From Rotaria socialis (Eukaryota), in the NCBI GenBank assembly GCA_905331295.1, contig CAJNYD010000345.1, positions 1-61,608 of the forward strand: a stretch of 61,608 bases of DNA, read 5' to 3'. The notes below the pieces were generated by a model. It saw only the letters and a list, made by a program, of their open reading frames with translations, was not told the DNA's origin and ran no database searches. A program made the translations under genes and the position numbers. Shown piece after piece: positions 1 to 14,400 of the stretch (position 1 is its first letter; each line of letters starts with the position of its first letter).

Positions 1-619
1 AAAATTCACTCCAATTCTGCTTTAGCGGCACCTTAAGTATTTACCATCTAAATTAACATTAGCATCGATCAAAATAAGTTTCAATTTGGTTATGCTTTTT
101 TTAAAAATAATTCATTAGTTTTCGATGTTGTGATCGAATGTTTGATTATATTGTTTCTGAATCGGTATCTACTTAAATACGCTTTCGTCGAACCAACAAT
201 GTCGTAAATGATGACAATCGTTTTGCCAAATATAATTACACCTAACCTAGTAAACTTTATCAGAAAAAGTATTGTATTGTTAAAATATTAGTGACATGTT
301 TATTTCATTCATTGTAGAATTTCTACAATTTCTAATTATCATTCAAAAAATGAAATCGATCGAATCGAAAAGGATGGAAATACCTACAAAGTTTTATTAT
401 GAAAACCCTAGTTATTGAAATTTAGTATAGTGAAATCAATTTAAAAATATACCATCAGGAATTCGTAAAAAGTATCGAGAGGAATTCGATTAGATTTAAT
501 ATTACAGTGATGCAATGAAAAGTTGCAATCTTCTGATGTTACCTTCGATTGTTTGATAGTTTTTTCTTTTCTCAATCAGAAAAACTCATCGTTTAAAAAG
601 AAAATCAAGATTTGATATT

Positions 620-1797
620 TTTTAAATCAATAACCAAAGAAATTTTTATTTGCAAGGCCATGAAACATAGGAATAATAAATAGTTTCCTTGGGTTAAAGT
701 ATTTATTCACGATCATTCTATCGTAAGTCTCTTTAAATGATAATAAGAGTCAGTTTATGTCGTTCATTATTTTTGCCAACAAAAAGTATTTAGATACTTT
801 CCGAAAAACCTGATGTTTCACTTAGGTACAAGATAATTTTGAAAAGAATTTCTCCATAATACATCACATCGATAATTTAGGTTAGCTTAAACTGTTTTAC
901 AATCATTGACAATATGCAAGTGACATGAATTACTTTCTTGATTGTAATATTTAATAAGTATTTGAGCTTCTGCTAAATGCAATAGTGACTCGTCCAAAAG
1001 AAACAAACTAGATGAAAATGAATATGATCAAGCAGGTAGTATCAATAATTGTACTCGGTTATTAGCAAGATTCTTAACTTTAATTTAGAAACTTTCTTCA
1101 AATAGTTATCATAGAAATATTATTAGTTCGTATTTAAGTAAATTTTCTGATTGAGTTCGTTTTATCTACATTAAATTGAATCAGATATTTGACATATTAT
1201 TATTACGCCAATGATTTTCATATGCACTTTTCAAATATCAATGGTGTATTAATGATTCTTAAATTTGTATGATGCCAAAGTACAGAAAATTCCATGGAGA
1301 ATTCTCTTTGACAGATATCTGTTTTACTAACAATATATTTTATATTTATCTAATATATGTTCAACTGAATTATACGAGAAACATCAGTAAAAATGTTTCT
1401 TAAAAATTCATCAACGATCAGCGATCAAAAAAGTATTGTTCAATCTGTAGTTGATGACTTGTCTGAAAGTATGAATTAAAAGTTCAGCGTCTTATTTGTC
1501 ATGATTTTCATCACACGATTGACAAAAACGCAATGAATATGAAGATATTTATTAATGGTATGGAAGAAACGAATTCTAATAATGCAAACGTAAGCGAAAA
1601 GTATAACTTTTGAGGTACTTAATCAGCCATCTGGTGTTCGATGTGTCATGGAAGTAGGAATGAGTAAAGATGATTCAATCAAATTAGGAAAAAGAACACG
1701 ACTTTATTGAATGTAGTGATATCCAAACAGTAGTAATTTGTCACAAAAAAGAATTGGCTCTGCTGGAGAAGTATCATCGATTGGCTTAAAATATTAG
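620..1797 (+). pseudogene. Probable decayed DEAH/RHA-box RNA helicase pseudogene
   Basis: Stop- and frameshift-broken fragments occur in helicase motif order: ~1010-1080 DENEYDQAGSINNCTRLLARFL (motif II-like), ~1118 IISS (motif III SAT context), ~1565 KKRILIMQT, and 1627-1797 PSGVRCVMEVGMSK...SNLSQKRIGSAGEV (motif V/VI-like, cf. PGVRYVID.G.SK and QRxGRAGR). Boundaries approximate. Confidence 0.4.
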
Positions 1798-2127
1798 GTA
1801 AGCTCTATATAGAAAAATTCTTTTACAACACAAAAATAATGTTAACAAATAACTATCATTAAGTGTATATTTTATGAACATATTTAATAAATCATACAAT
1901 AAGTTATAGAAACGGACAAGACATTAAAAAAATTTCAGAATCATTTTAGATAAAGTTTAATTAAAATACAATACTAAAGAATCGATTGAAGTCAACTTAA
2001 CAATGAGTGCGTATGATAGACGATAGAAGTTCGTGGTAGAAAAAAAAATTGAATGAAAATAGAAGATATGTTTAGATGATTTCCGCTTTGATAATTTATA
2101 TATTTTTAGTAAAATTTATTTCCTTAT

Positions 2128-2255
2128 AAAAGCTTGTTAGCGCAGCCCCTTTGGGACTAAAATGTGGAACTCACATATATCCCTTCGGCTTACTAAAATA
2201 ATTCAAAATAATTCATCTGAAAAATCTACCCTGATTTTTTCAAAACCTATAATTA
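2128..2255 (-). repeat. Dispersed repeat terminus, inverted copy of 25428-25553
   Basis: AAAAGCTTGTTAGCGCAGCCCCTTTGGGACTAAAATGTGGAACTCACATATATCC...CAAAACCTATAATTA is a near match to the reverse complement of 25428-25553. Similarity stops exactly at the N at 2256. Confidence 0.85.
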
Positions 2256-2980
2256 NATTACACCAGATGAGATTAGAGATATTAAAAAGTGTTAATCTCA
2301 ACGGCAAAATCTATTTTAATAAAAACTTCTTGTTGATCATATAAAATCTTCAAACAATAATGTCTGTCATGTAAAAAAAATTGATTTGGTTCCAATTGTG
2401 TTCTTCTGTACTATTTATATCGTTTTTATTTTATTTTATTCGTATAATTATGCTATTAAATTATAATTTTATTGAAAAACAAAATTAAGTTGTCGAATGA
2501 AATATTAAAGCTAATATATACATATGTAAACCCTTAATTCTGTTACATAATTGTAGAGCCTTCTCTCATGCAACTGACATTGGATTTTGCTGATTTCTAA
2601 TAGAACAACAAATATCGGTAAAATATTCTTTTACTGTGTTGTATAAAACATGTGAATATTATCGGACGAATAATATTTGTTTTTATCGATTTTTATCTCA
2701 TCGATTGATTGGTGATCACTCTACTGTAGACAGATTATGCTTTATTCTCGTATTAGTCTTTCTTTTGGTTATATTATCAAATGTCATCGATAAGGAAATA
2801 GATAAATTTAGTTTACTAAAAAGATTTTACCGACAAAATAGAAAAGATATAAACGATTTTAGTTGTTTTATTATTTTTGATCTCTTTTTTTATACAAAAA
2901 TCGACACATGATTGAGTCTATATAACTTTTATATCTATAAATTCCTCTTACTATTCATATACTTTTCAGCTGCTGTGAAT

Positions 2981-3621
2981 ATGAATGATACAGGTAATCA
3001 CTGACAATATGTTTTTTCCTAAAAACAGACTAAGAATAATGCTTTTGTTTGTATTTAAACAAAATTTCGTATTAATTTTAACATCAATTATCTATTGTTT
3101 TATAAATATTAAAGCGTAGAAAACAAAATCTAAGTTCGCATGCTATACGATCTTCTTATTAGAAAGGCTTGTAGACATAACGTCCATCTTGAAAAATTTG
3201 GCCGAAAGTCTTTAATCGATCGATCGTTTGCCGACTTTCTATATAAACATGTTTATTTTTCTCAATCATTCTTCGCTGAATTTTTTTTAAAGTGCACTAA
3301 CACCCAGTGTATATGTGCCTTTAGTTTCCGTTCACCTTCAGAAATCTAAAATATAATTGCTTTTTTAGAAACGAGTAGAACAACAACAATAACAAGTAGA
3401 GCAATAACAGCAGCAGCAGCACCATTACTCGAAAAAACAGCCATCGATAAAGAGCTATCAAAAAAAGAATCAATCAGAAAATCATCGAACAAACGTCGTG
3501 CATCAAACACGACAATTCTTCTCACTAGCATTAACAAGAAGAAGAAAACTCTGCACGGCAATATTCAAAAAACTACTAGAATTGAATATAACCATCAGCA
3601 TCAAAACGACGATCGAACAAA
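2981..3621 (+). CDS. NAPRT: Alternative upstream coding exons of NAPRT (2981-2993, 3369-3621)
   Basis: ATG AAT GAT ACA G|gt (phase 1), then an open 253-nt exon with AG/GT borders ending in phase 2. It joins in frame to the NAPRT acceptor at 4793. Confidence 0.6.
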
Positions 3622-4723
3622 GTACGTGACAGACGTGTGTTTTCAGTTAAAAAGACATAATGCATTTGTAAAGCATTGCTAAAAAGAACAGGAAAGGTGC
3701 GCTAGTAGACGGATGGAACGTATAACGAGACACATGAAAATATATAAAAAAAAATAAAGAAAGAAGTTGTTTGCAATATTTCTGCCAACAGGATTGTTTT
3801 GCCAAATAGTTTATGTAAGTCTCTATGCGTTTTTTTTAAGTGACAACTATTAACACACTCGGAGAAGACGAGTAAGTTTATCCTGCTTTTTTCACACATG
3901 CAAACGTTCACATATATGAACTAGTATTTCTGCACTTTTTTTTGTCCACCATTCTCAAAATACACTTCTTCTATAATCATGAATATAGTCCCCATGACTA
4001 CGATCATTTTTCCAAGAATAGTGGTAGAATTGAAGCAGTGCATGTTATAATCATGTTATCGAACTTAATAGAAATAACAACTTAGAGACAATATTATTTT
4101 GATAGTTTTACGCGAATTAAATCCCTTGAAAACTAACTTATGATTGCATTTCCCCAAGTTTTATTTACTCTCATACAACATACTTCAGACGTTGGCAATT
4201 TTTTTTCGGCGAAAGAGGGATAGACGATTAAAAAATATTTACACGGCTTCCAATATCAATCTACTTGTGTTTTACTTTTTGTTTGGTAATTTTGCATTTC
4301 TTGAAGTGAGTCAACTAGAGAACCTCTTATGCAATTTAAATATCTCAGGTATGTCTGAATAGAAAAATATTTACATAGTGACCATAATAATTACCTTGAT
4401 TAAATGAAATACCAGAAAAAAGAAGGAAGAAAACATCCAACTGAAGTATATAAAATCGAATATTTATACTTCTCTCTTCGTATCGGAATAGCTATAATAT
4501 TATTATATTCTACGTTCAGTTGCAAGTACGGTTGTCATAGCTTAATATCGAATTGTAAGCGTAGCAATTGCCTTCTTTTTTTTATTTTGTCAAAACCAAG
4601 TGACACGCAGATAAAGCATTAACAATATTAAATACATAGAACATGCAAGTCGTTGACTGTACCTCACATATTAAGGATATCTACATAGATAGTTTTACAC
4701 ACAAGAATAAAACAGAAGTTTTT

Positions 4724-6830
4724 ATGCAAAGGTATGAAATCTTTTTTGAATTTCCTTCAATGACATAAGACGATATAAATCGTTTTACTTAGACTTGTAG
4801 ATAGTCAGTCACAACCAGCACCATCAGCACCATTGTCACCGTACATTGAAATTGAATCTCAAAATTTAGTAAACACATCACTAATACCACTACCATCTTC
4901 TCAAACATTACCTTTACATTCTGAAGAAAAATTCAAACCATCATTTAGACACTCAGCATCACCACGTGAATCTTTGACATCAATAGCAAGTGAAAAAGTT
5001 TTACTAATGTCATCAGAACAACAATCAAGCGTGGTTCAGCCACTTCTAACTGATCTTTATCAAATATCAATGGCTTATGCCTATTGGAAACCAAATAAAC
5101 ATCAGGAAATAGCAACATTTGACTTATATTTCAGAAAAAATCGTAAGTTAACCAAAACTAAAAATCAAATCAAATAAATTTATATTCAATTATTTTTTGT
5201 TTTCGTGTCTACTAGCATTCGGTGGTGAATATACATTATTTGCTGGTCTTGATGAATGTCTTAAATTTGTTCGTGATTATAAATTTCATTCAAGCGATAT
5301 TGATTATCTTCGTGCATCACTACCAAATTATATTGAATCAGAATTTTATGATTATTTATCAACACTTGATATGAATGATATCAAAATATATGCTGTACCT
5401 GAAGGTAAAACATACAGAAGATTTATTTAAAAACTATATATGTATATATATTTTTTATTTGAAACTTAAGGTACAGTTGTTTTTCCTCGTTTACCATTAA
5501 TGAGAATTGAAGGTCCAGTCCTTAAAACACAGCTACTCGAAACAACATTATTAACACTAGTTAATTATGCAAGTTTAGTTGCAACAAATGCTGCTCGTTT
5601 TCGTTCAGCAATAGGAGCTGATAAAACATTACTTGAATTTGGTTTACGTCGTGCTCAAGGGCCTGATGGTGGCTTAAGTGCATCAAAATATTGTTATTTA
5701 GGTGGCTTTGATGGCACATCAAATGTATTAGCTGGTAAACTTTATGGAATTCCAATAAAAGGTACACATGCTCATGCATACGTTAATTCATATGAAAGTA
5801 TGGAAGATTTATGTGTAAAAGATTTATGTGATCGTATCACCGGTGTAGCTCATCCGTTCAGTGAATTATGTTTGAAGTATTTAAAAGAAATCGGTCCAGT
5901 ACTTAAAATTCTTCCCGAAGAAACAAATAAAGGAGAATTAGCTGCATTCATTTCATATGCAATTGCATTTCCAACAAACTTTTTAGCATTAGTTGATACA
6001 TATGATGTACTAAAATCTGGTGTACCAAATTTCTTAGCGGTTGCACGTGCATTACACGAATGTAACTATCAGGCTGTTGGTTTACGTATAGACTCCGGTG
6101 ATTTAGCTTATTTATCATTAGAAGTTCGTGCGAAATTTGTTGACGTATCTAAAAAATTTAACTTGCCATATATGGAACATTTTACAATTGTTGCAAGTAA
6201 TGATATAAATGAAGATACATTAATATCATTAGAAAAACAAGGACATTCCATTGATTCATTTGGTATCGGTACACATTTGGTTACATGTCAAAAGCAACCA
6301 GCACTTGGCTGCGTTTATAAATTAGTTGAAGTAAAATTTCATTTTTAATTTTTGATATTTCAAAATAATATTTATTGATTTTTAATTTTTAGCTTGCTAA
6401 TTCACCGCGTATTAAAGTTAGTCAAGATATTGAAAAAGTCACAATACCTGGTAGAAAAAATCTTTATCGTCTATATGGTCATGATGGTAAAGCATTATGT
6501 GATTTACTAACGAGAATTGATGAGCCCGAACCGGAAGCATCAGTACGAATTCTCAGTCGACATCCGTTTTCAGAACAAAAACGCGCTTATGTTACACCAT
6601 CATCAGTTCACAATTTATATAAATTATATTGGGCTGATGGAGAAATCAAAGGTCCAATGCCATCATTGAAACAAGTTCGTACTCATGCGCGAGAGCAAAT
6701 CAATGAATTACGAAAAGATCATAAACGTGATCTTAACCCAACACCATATAAAGTTTCAGTTACAGATGCTTTATTTCAATTTATGCATAAACTTTGGATG
6801 AAAAGTGTTCCAATTGGAGAACTTGAATAA
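4724..6830 (+). CDS. NAPRT: Nicotinate phosphoribosyltransferase; exons 4724-4731, 4793-5142, 5216-5404, 5471-6330, 6393-6830
   Basis: Motifs [69 protein letters not shown] and [10 protein letters not shown]. All GT-AG junctions restore the frame. Confidence 0.96.
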
Positions 6831-7751
6831 TTATTTTATTGATCATTTGAACAGAAGTGTGATAGATAGATTGAATGTTGTCTACGTATTCCTTTTTCTT
6901 TTGTCTTTCGTTTTAACCTCTTTCACTCGCAATATTCCTCAACTATTTTTTCCCTTTATTTGAACTACGATTTATTTTCTCACTTAATATTGTTTTGTTG
7001 AGTGTACCACGCACAAAAAAAAACAAAAAAGATATATATTTATAAGCTTTTTCATTTATTTTACTAATAGCACGACCTTTGCTAATACTAAAAATTTCAT
7101 GATCCACTCTTTTGTGTGTTCTATTACTTGAAATCTTCTATATTTAATAAGAAAAAAAGTCATGGATTTAATGAAAATTTTATTGAAAGTAAAATTTACT
7201 GATCGACAGCGAAATCACGATTGATAATTGCAATAATATTAGAAATTTTGATATAAGTACGTGATTCAATAGTTTTGTTGATTACAACGAAATTATATGA
7301 CTCATTGGTAATACTTTATTCAAGAGTGTAAACTTTATCAAATACAATCTCTATCAATAAAATATATTTGTTACCTGATTATGAGCAAGCCTTGCAAGTA
7401 TTTCTTGAATATGAGAGTATCACATTATTTGTTAATCTCAACAAATAATTTTAACAAAAAAACATGGAAACCTTTCTTTTGTTTGTCTACATGATATCAG
7501 ATTTTGCTCTACGGCACACAAAAAAAAGCGAATGTAAGATCATAAAAGCATGTGATCGATGCACAAATGTTCTTTTATTCTCATCGCAGTATTGACAAAC
7601 GTGATATTGATAAGACGTATAATATAAGTCACTATCGTCGTTTTCAAACCTTTTTCTCATGTTGATTAAATGATTGAATGTAGAAAATTTATTCAAATTT
7701 CAATTAAATACAATATGATTTAGAAAATTTTATCGTGACTTCTATTTTTTT

Positions 7752-8068
7752 CAGGACTGACCCAACCTATCGAAATGTTAGGGAGATTGTAAGTGGAATT
7801 TCTTCATATAAGTAGTGTACATGTAAATAAAGTTTTCTTCAAGGAAGAAGTGTGTTTGCGAACAAGTAAATTATAAACTAGTTCTGTTCCTATTTTTATC
7901 TATGTGTGAAAAAATTGCCTTTCAATTACAATTATAAAGTATCTACAATCTCAAAAGTACGCAAGAACAACGGTACGTGAGCTTTTTATAAAAAGAAAAA
8001 AAACGAATTTTCTCAAATATTGGGAGGTTGTGAAAACTACCAACAACGCCCCAGTCGGGCCAGTCCTG
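7752..8068. mobile_element. Short non-autonomous element (MITE) with hAT-like CAGG termini
   Basis: Left end CAGGACTGACCCAAC versus reverse complement of the right end CAGGACTGGCCCGAC (13/15 match). Flanks ATTTTTTT and CATTTTTC only loosely resemble an 8-bp TSD. Confidence 0.5.
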
Positions 8069-9344
8069 CATTTTTCTATTCAAAGAAATGTCCATTACTT
8101 AGTGTTAGCCTTAAGTTGAATCAAGAATTCAGCCGATTGACTGGTATCGCGTGTCACAACAATCTTCTAGTTATTTTATCATTACAACAAATTCATTTAT
8201 AATTTATCAATTGATTGTAGTTTTTTCTTCGGTAGGCAAGATCATTTGACTTACTTTTTATTTTTGGTGCGTCACCTGATGAAAACTATCCTATCAAATC
8301 ACCATTGTTAATATAGATAAGAAGAAAGTAAATAATGACTGTTGCTCCGTTGCATTCATCATCGTTCGTTGACTATATGTCACTTTCATATTTGTCTTAT
8401 GGCGACATGTGTTCTTTCTTTTTTTTCTAATCAAAAATTTGTAAACTATCGAAATCCCATTTTTTCCTCTTTTTTTTCTGTTACTTTGAGTTCATGATAC
8501 CATAAAAAGTGACAGCAGACGAGCAAATGTTGAATTCTTAGTTTTCTTTTTTAATTCCATTCTCCACATGTGGCACACCCATATACGTATGTGTATAATG
8601 CATTTACACGGACCGCTTGACTTTGATATTGTGATATCCGATAAGCAAACTATTGGATATTCTCTCATCTAAATATCATCATAAAACGATATACGTCGTT
8701 TTTCAAATGAGGCGATGTTGTCCATCATACATTATAGTGCAGGATGAAGGATAAGAAAAATATAAGGTTCATTAACAAGGCAAAGGGAAAAAAATAGAGT
8801 TCATTGTCAATGTCACAGTCAGTTGACTTCCGCACAAGCCTTAGAGAAGAGAACAGATGTTCATCGAGCAACCATCAAGTAATTTCATGATTATAGTTTA
8901 TGTAGAGAATGAACGACAGATGACATTACCATAATGATTTGAAGGTAAACGAACAAGTTTCACTTTAAACAGTCAATATATAATTTATTGTCTGTATATT
9001 TTTTTTTGTTTCGATGTTCACACTCTTGAAAACACGATTATCAATAAAATTTGAAAAAAATCTCCATATTGTTTCCGGTCGCATGCATTGATTCTAATTT
9101 GAGAGTTTCAATTAACATGAAAATGTTAATCTGCTACTTTGGTATCTAATTGAAAACAAAATCAGTTGAGAGAAACTACCAGTCATGGTTTATGCATGCA
9201 AACGAGCAATCAACGCGGCGACAATGATGGCGCGTGTCCTTCGATACTGAAAATGTCAATTTAGCTCGTGCGTGTGTATATCGTTGGACACAATCTAATC
9301 TCTCTATTGACCAACATAGATTGATTAATATTAGCCTTCCTTGC

Positions 9345-9345
9345 T

Positions 9346-9377
<32 letters not shown>

Positions 9378-9387
9378 TCTCTTTCTC
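9345..9387. repeat. (CT)n microsatellite
   Basis: Direct CT/CTTT tandem run upstream of the semaphorin gene. Shorter (CT)n runs lie near 10219 and 15798. Confidence 0.85.
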
Positions 9388-11420
9388 ACTATTTTTCTCC
9401 TTCACATATGCAAAAACAAGCAAACGAGAAATGAGAAAATGTCAAATGGTCATTTGGCTTTTTTATCTCTCTTGATCCATCTCGATGTATATTTTAATCA
9501 GTGAAGAGAAAACGAGAGAAAGAACAGGCCATAAGTAAGTATAAAGAAATAGATGAATGATTTGTTGTTGTTATTATTAGTGTTGATGCTAAATTATAAA
9601 TCAAAAGACAACAGTTCGCGTGCCAGAGATCTCAATTTCAATTTCCTCTTTTTTACTTTGATCTTTTTTTTTGACTTCACATCTGTCTGCCTTCTATGTA
9701 TGTTCAGTATGAAAGATTCAGATCGTATATATATATATATATATATGTATGCACTCATTTCTGTGTGCTTATGATCAACTTAAATTGAGCATTCGATATC
9801 CTTTATGTGAAGAGTTTCCGTCTACTTTAAAATGATAAAAGCTTGATCAAGTAAGTAAAATGAAGTGAGAGATCATTAGTAAGACACCTGCTCTTCTTCT
9901 CATTGATTGTCCAAATGATTTTCTATATGCGTCCTTGAGCACCGATGTTCATTGAAGCTTTCTTTCTTTTCATTCAATTCCTGTTTTCTTTTCTCTTCAT
10001 ATTATGATATTTCTGACGTGACTTGCACGTTGTCATCATCATTTCTTTGTCTTCTCTTGTCAGTCATAAAAATCTCGATCCATATTGACTTGCGTAACAT
10101 ATACTCCTATTCCTTGACATAATAAGACGCTCTGCAAGTATAAGAGCAAGATGACTGCAAAGAAGATGAACAAAAATGTCACTAAGAACTCTCATACGAT
10201 CTAAATAAAATAAATTTATTCTCTCTCTCTCTCTCTCTCACACTCCTTATCGATCATATTCAACTTGACGACATTTTAAAGATATAAGCAAGAGGTGTGA
10301 CTAAGTGACGATACGCCCAACAATTTTTCTATTGACAAATAAAAAAATGATGATGATCGTCATCATCGAAATCGATGTGATGTAACAATTATATATATAT
10401 TTCTTTTGTGCTCATTTTTTTCCTTTTTCTCCTTGTCTCCACCTCCTTCGATCAATAATAGTCATTGACAATTGTCGTCTGTATGGCGTAATTGTATATA
10501 GAAGACGAGTTATGTTCGATGAAGACATTTCAGGGTTCATCAATCAATCGTCTGTGATCTGCTTATCGTCAACTGATGAGTTCATCATAGAATAGCGACA
10601 ATTAACCAAGAACGTCTTTCGTCAACAATCTAAATACATCCATATGAAAGACATTTTTCCTTGTGGCTATTTAGTCGTCGACAATCATGATCATCGATTG
10701 TAAGATGTAAATATGTTGTTAGTCTTGTTGATTGAAAAAATTTTGACGATGAGAGAATTAGTATAGCTGGGTGTTCACAATAGTGAACAGATGGAATCAA
10801 TTAGAAAATCCGCTTGATATTAGTCGACAGTCAGTTGAATTAATGAGCTCGATTATTGTTGTCCTCGACTATTCGGACATGTTGAACAAGCAGTTGGTCA
10901 CCATGGGCACTTCCGTTTTATGTTATTTTTTTTCTTCTTACTCAGTTCTTGTAGAATACCGTATTATCGTATGACGTAACATTAAAAAAAGGTTCTCTTC
11001 TCTTCTCTTCCCTTTTCTCTTCTCCCCACCCCTAAGATTAGCTCGATGATTATATTTCAATCGAAACAAGAAAAAAGATTTCACCGTTTCACGCCAATGT
11101 CCTTGTTATCGTGCTAAATCGTTAGAATTATTGAACTCGCGCCTTCGTTTCTATTTCCGCATTGATACAGAAAGATGGATGCCGATTTAAATCTTCTTTC
11201 TCTCAATTTTTTTTCTCGTTTCTTCTTAGACAACAGAACGCAAAACAAGAGAAAAGAAAATTTTCTTCTTGTTCTCTTCTTTCATTTTTGTTTCTCTTCT
11301 TTATGCTCAACGCGGACATTTCGTAATTGTTCAGACATTTATTCATTCAATCTATCTTTTATTTCAGATTGAATTTAGAAACAGAAGTAGAGAAAAAAAT
11401 TAAACTTCTCAATATTCACA

Positions 11421-14400
11421 ATGGAAACAAATTTTTTAAACGTATTATTTATGATTCTTTATCTTTTTCAAAATCATATTTGTTCGATTGTGACCAATGA
11501 TCCATCGGATTTTCGATTTGTCTCGTACAATGGTATGTATGTGTGAGAATCAACACCTTTCGTTTTTTTCTTCTTCTCTATTTCTTACTAGACAGACTAG
11601 ATCAACAATTCTATACGTATACATAAATGTGTCTGAGATCAATTGTATTAAAACGAGAGTAAAGATAATGGCGCAAAACAAAATAAAAAGAGACAGTTGA
11701 ACAATATTAAAAATTCTTATCGATAGACTTCAATATTATCATATTGCTCATATTTAGTTATTCATCAAATAAAAACTAAAGTTCTTTATTTATTCTTTAA
11801 AGAAATAAAAACAATGACGAATAAAAGTTTTCTCTATTGTCTTTCTTGAATGTGTGACAACTGTGAATGAATAGTTCTATTCTCTAAAGTTTACGTTCGT
11901 CACCTGTTGAATAAAACGAATAGTTTATTCTATTGGTTCATTTATGTTTGTCTTGCAAATTAGTCAAGAGACTCTTGTTGTGTCGGCGTCATTATTTGAT
12001 TAGAAAATGAACGGCTATATGTTCGAGCGGAAAAAAACGAGTAGACTGGAACGTTTTTGATCAAATTAGAATCACATATACTTATGAAGGAAATTTGAGT
12101 CTATCGCATATGCATATGAAACGTAGATTTAAAATGAGAGACAGATTATATGTTCATTTGATCTTATTGTTTCTTTTTATTTTGTTTAGAAATGTTACGA
12201 AATGTTCAAATTTATCAAGAAAATGATGATAGTTTTGACGCAATCACCATTGATCCACAAAGAGATCAAATTATTATTGGAGCCAAGTAAAAGAATAGCT
12301 CATTTTGTATTTTATTTTCTTTTTACTTCATGATAATTACTTGTAAATTCAGACATGTTTACCTATGGACACTTTATTCTTTCTCCACCTCATCATAATA
12401 GATATGACTACTACCACCCAAAGAGCACTTTAAATAAATTGACAAGTGAGAAAAGGAGAGTCTGATGGATGTCAAGCATACCTCAGAGAAATAAAGCCTT
12501 AGTAAGACGATGACCGAGGAGCTAATTATATCCAAAACATACAATGCTTTTGTTGACACAGCAACATATTGAGAAAGGGGGAAAAGGCATCAAATTGCGT
12601 TTTTTCGAAGCCCCACCAAAACAAACTGATCTAATCAATGTCTGATCATTAATTCAAACAATATGAAAAAATACAATTCTATTTCTTTTTTTGTTTTTGA
12701 TTTAGAAATGCAATAATTCGTTTATCTTTACATAATTTTCATTTATTGGAAAGATTCAAATGGGAATCTTCATCAAATGAAATAAATATGTGTCGTAGTC
12801 AAATTCAAACATTCGTAAGCAATGTTTTGTTTAATTTAAGTTTAAAATTTTTCTATTTGTGCTTTTTTCTTTCTTAATTAAATATAGAATCAATGCGAAA
12901 ATTATGTTCGTGTATTAGCTATTCGTTCACGTGATCAATTATTATTAGCATGTGGTACTAATTCTTATCGTCCTATTTGTATGTGGCGACGTCTTGATTC
13001 TTTATCAACAATAATTCCGAATGAAAATTTTATTTCTGGTGATGGAAAATCTCCTTATAATAGTCAATTTCCATCAACATATAATTTAATTGATACTGGT
13101 TTGTTTAATTTTGAACGTTAAATTGTATTTCAGAAAAGTAAAAGAAGTATGAGATCATTTTTCTATAGGTGAATTTTATTCAGCAACAAGTAATGAACCA
13201 GTATTTGGTGTCAATGATCCTTTGATACAAAGAAGTTTCAGTCAAGGAAAACAACTACGAACACAACAACACGACTCGAATTGGTTAAGAAGTATGTTTC
13301 ATGATTTTTCAAAACTTAAATCATATCAAAACATTGAAATTCTGCGATGAAAATATTTTTTTATCTTTTAATGATGACTATTTTTACTTTTTGTTTTCTT
13401 AGATCCATATTTTGTGCGCATATTAGATATCGGTTCATATGTTTATACATTTTTTCGCGAAATAGCTCTTGAACACTTATCATGCGGAACAGTAAGACAA
13501 AAACAATTAAAACATTTATTGCGTTTTTAAATTCAGCAAATTGATTTATTTTTATTAGACTGTTTATTCTCGTGTTGCTCGTGTATGTAAATATGATGAT
13601 GGTACAATGAAATTTAGTGATACATTTCGTTCATTTTCAAAATTACGTTTATCATGTTCAAAAAAAATAAATAACGAAATAACTTCATTTGATTATAATG
13701 AATTACAATCAGTTTTTTTTGATCACACATCAAATTTGATTTATGGAGCTTTTAATTTACCAAGGTAACAATAGTCATAGATAATGATTGGTTATTGTAA
13801 ATTTATTTTGTAATAGCCGATTTAACGTGAAGACTAGAGCATACAGAAATAGAAATTTGGAAATAACCTCAATTCTAACAGACGTTATCAGTGAAACACT
13901 GTAGACTATGTCTGAAGTTGTTCTTATTCTATTACAGAGATCAAGCAAAAGTTTACTGATCAATAGTGATCTATAGAATTTGTTTTTTCGTCATATAATA
14001 GCTTTCATGTTAGTAATTCAAAAGATAAAAAATCAAAAAAACAATCTTTTTGATAATAGTATGAAAGAATAAACAAGATAGGCTATCTATCTACACCAAT
14101 GTGCTCATATATGATGTCTGTTCACTCACACATCCTCTACGTTAGCCTTTGGTTGTATTATATTAATAATACTGTGCTACCATTTCTATGGATTGTTTAG
14201 TAACTGACGTCATCCTTATATGTGATATCATGTTGTCAATCTGTTTGATTTATATTTTGCATTAAATAGAAATTGTTCTACTATAAGTATCGTCAACGTA
14301 TAAGCGTATACGAAGAAAGAAATTCATCAATTAAATATGTAAAGATAATAGTGATATCAAAGAAAGAATGCTTTTAAGTAGATAGTAGAAAGGAATGTTT

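Noticed and set aside
1..36. GCGGCACC|TTAA, a possible Kolobok-type transposon end
   Set aside because: Too short, and the partner end lies outside the window.
3346..3561. Hydrophobic minus-strand ORF
   Set aside because: Better explained as the antisense shadow of the plus-strand exon 3369-3621.
12350..12640. GC-richer patch in a semaphorin intron
   Set aside because: Possibly a TE fragment, but I found no termini, TSD or recognisable coding signal.
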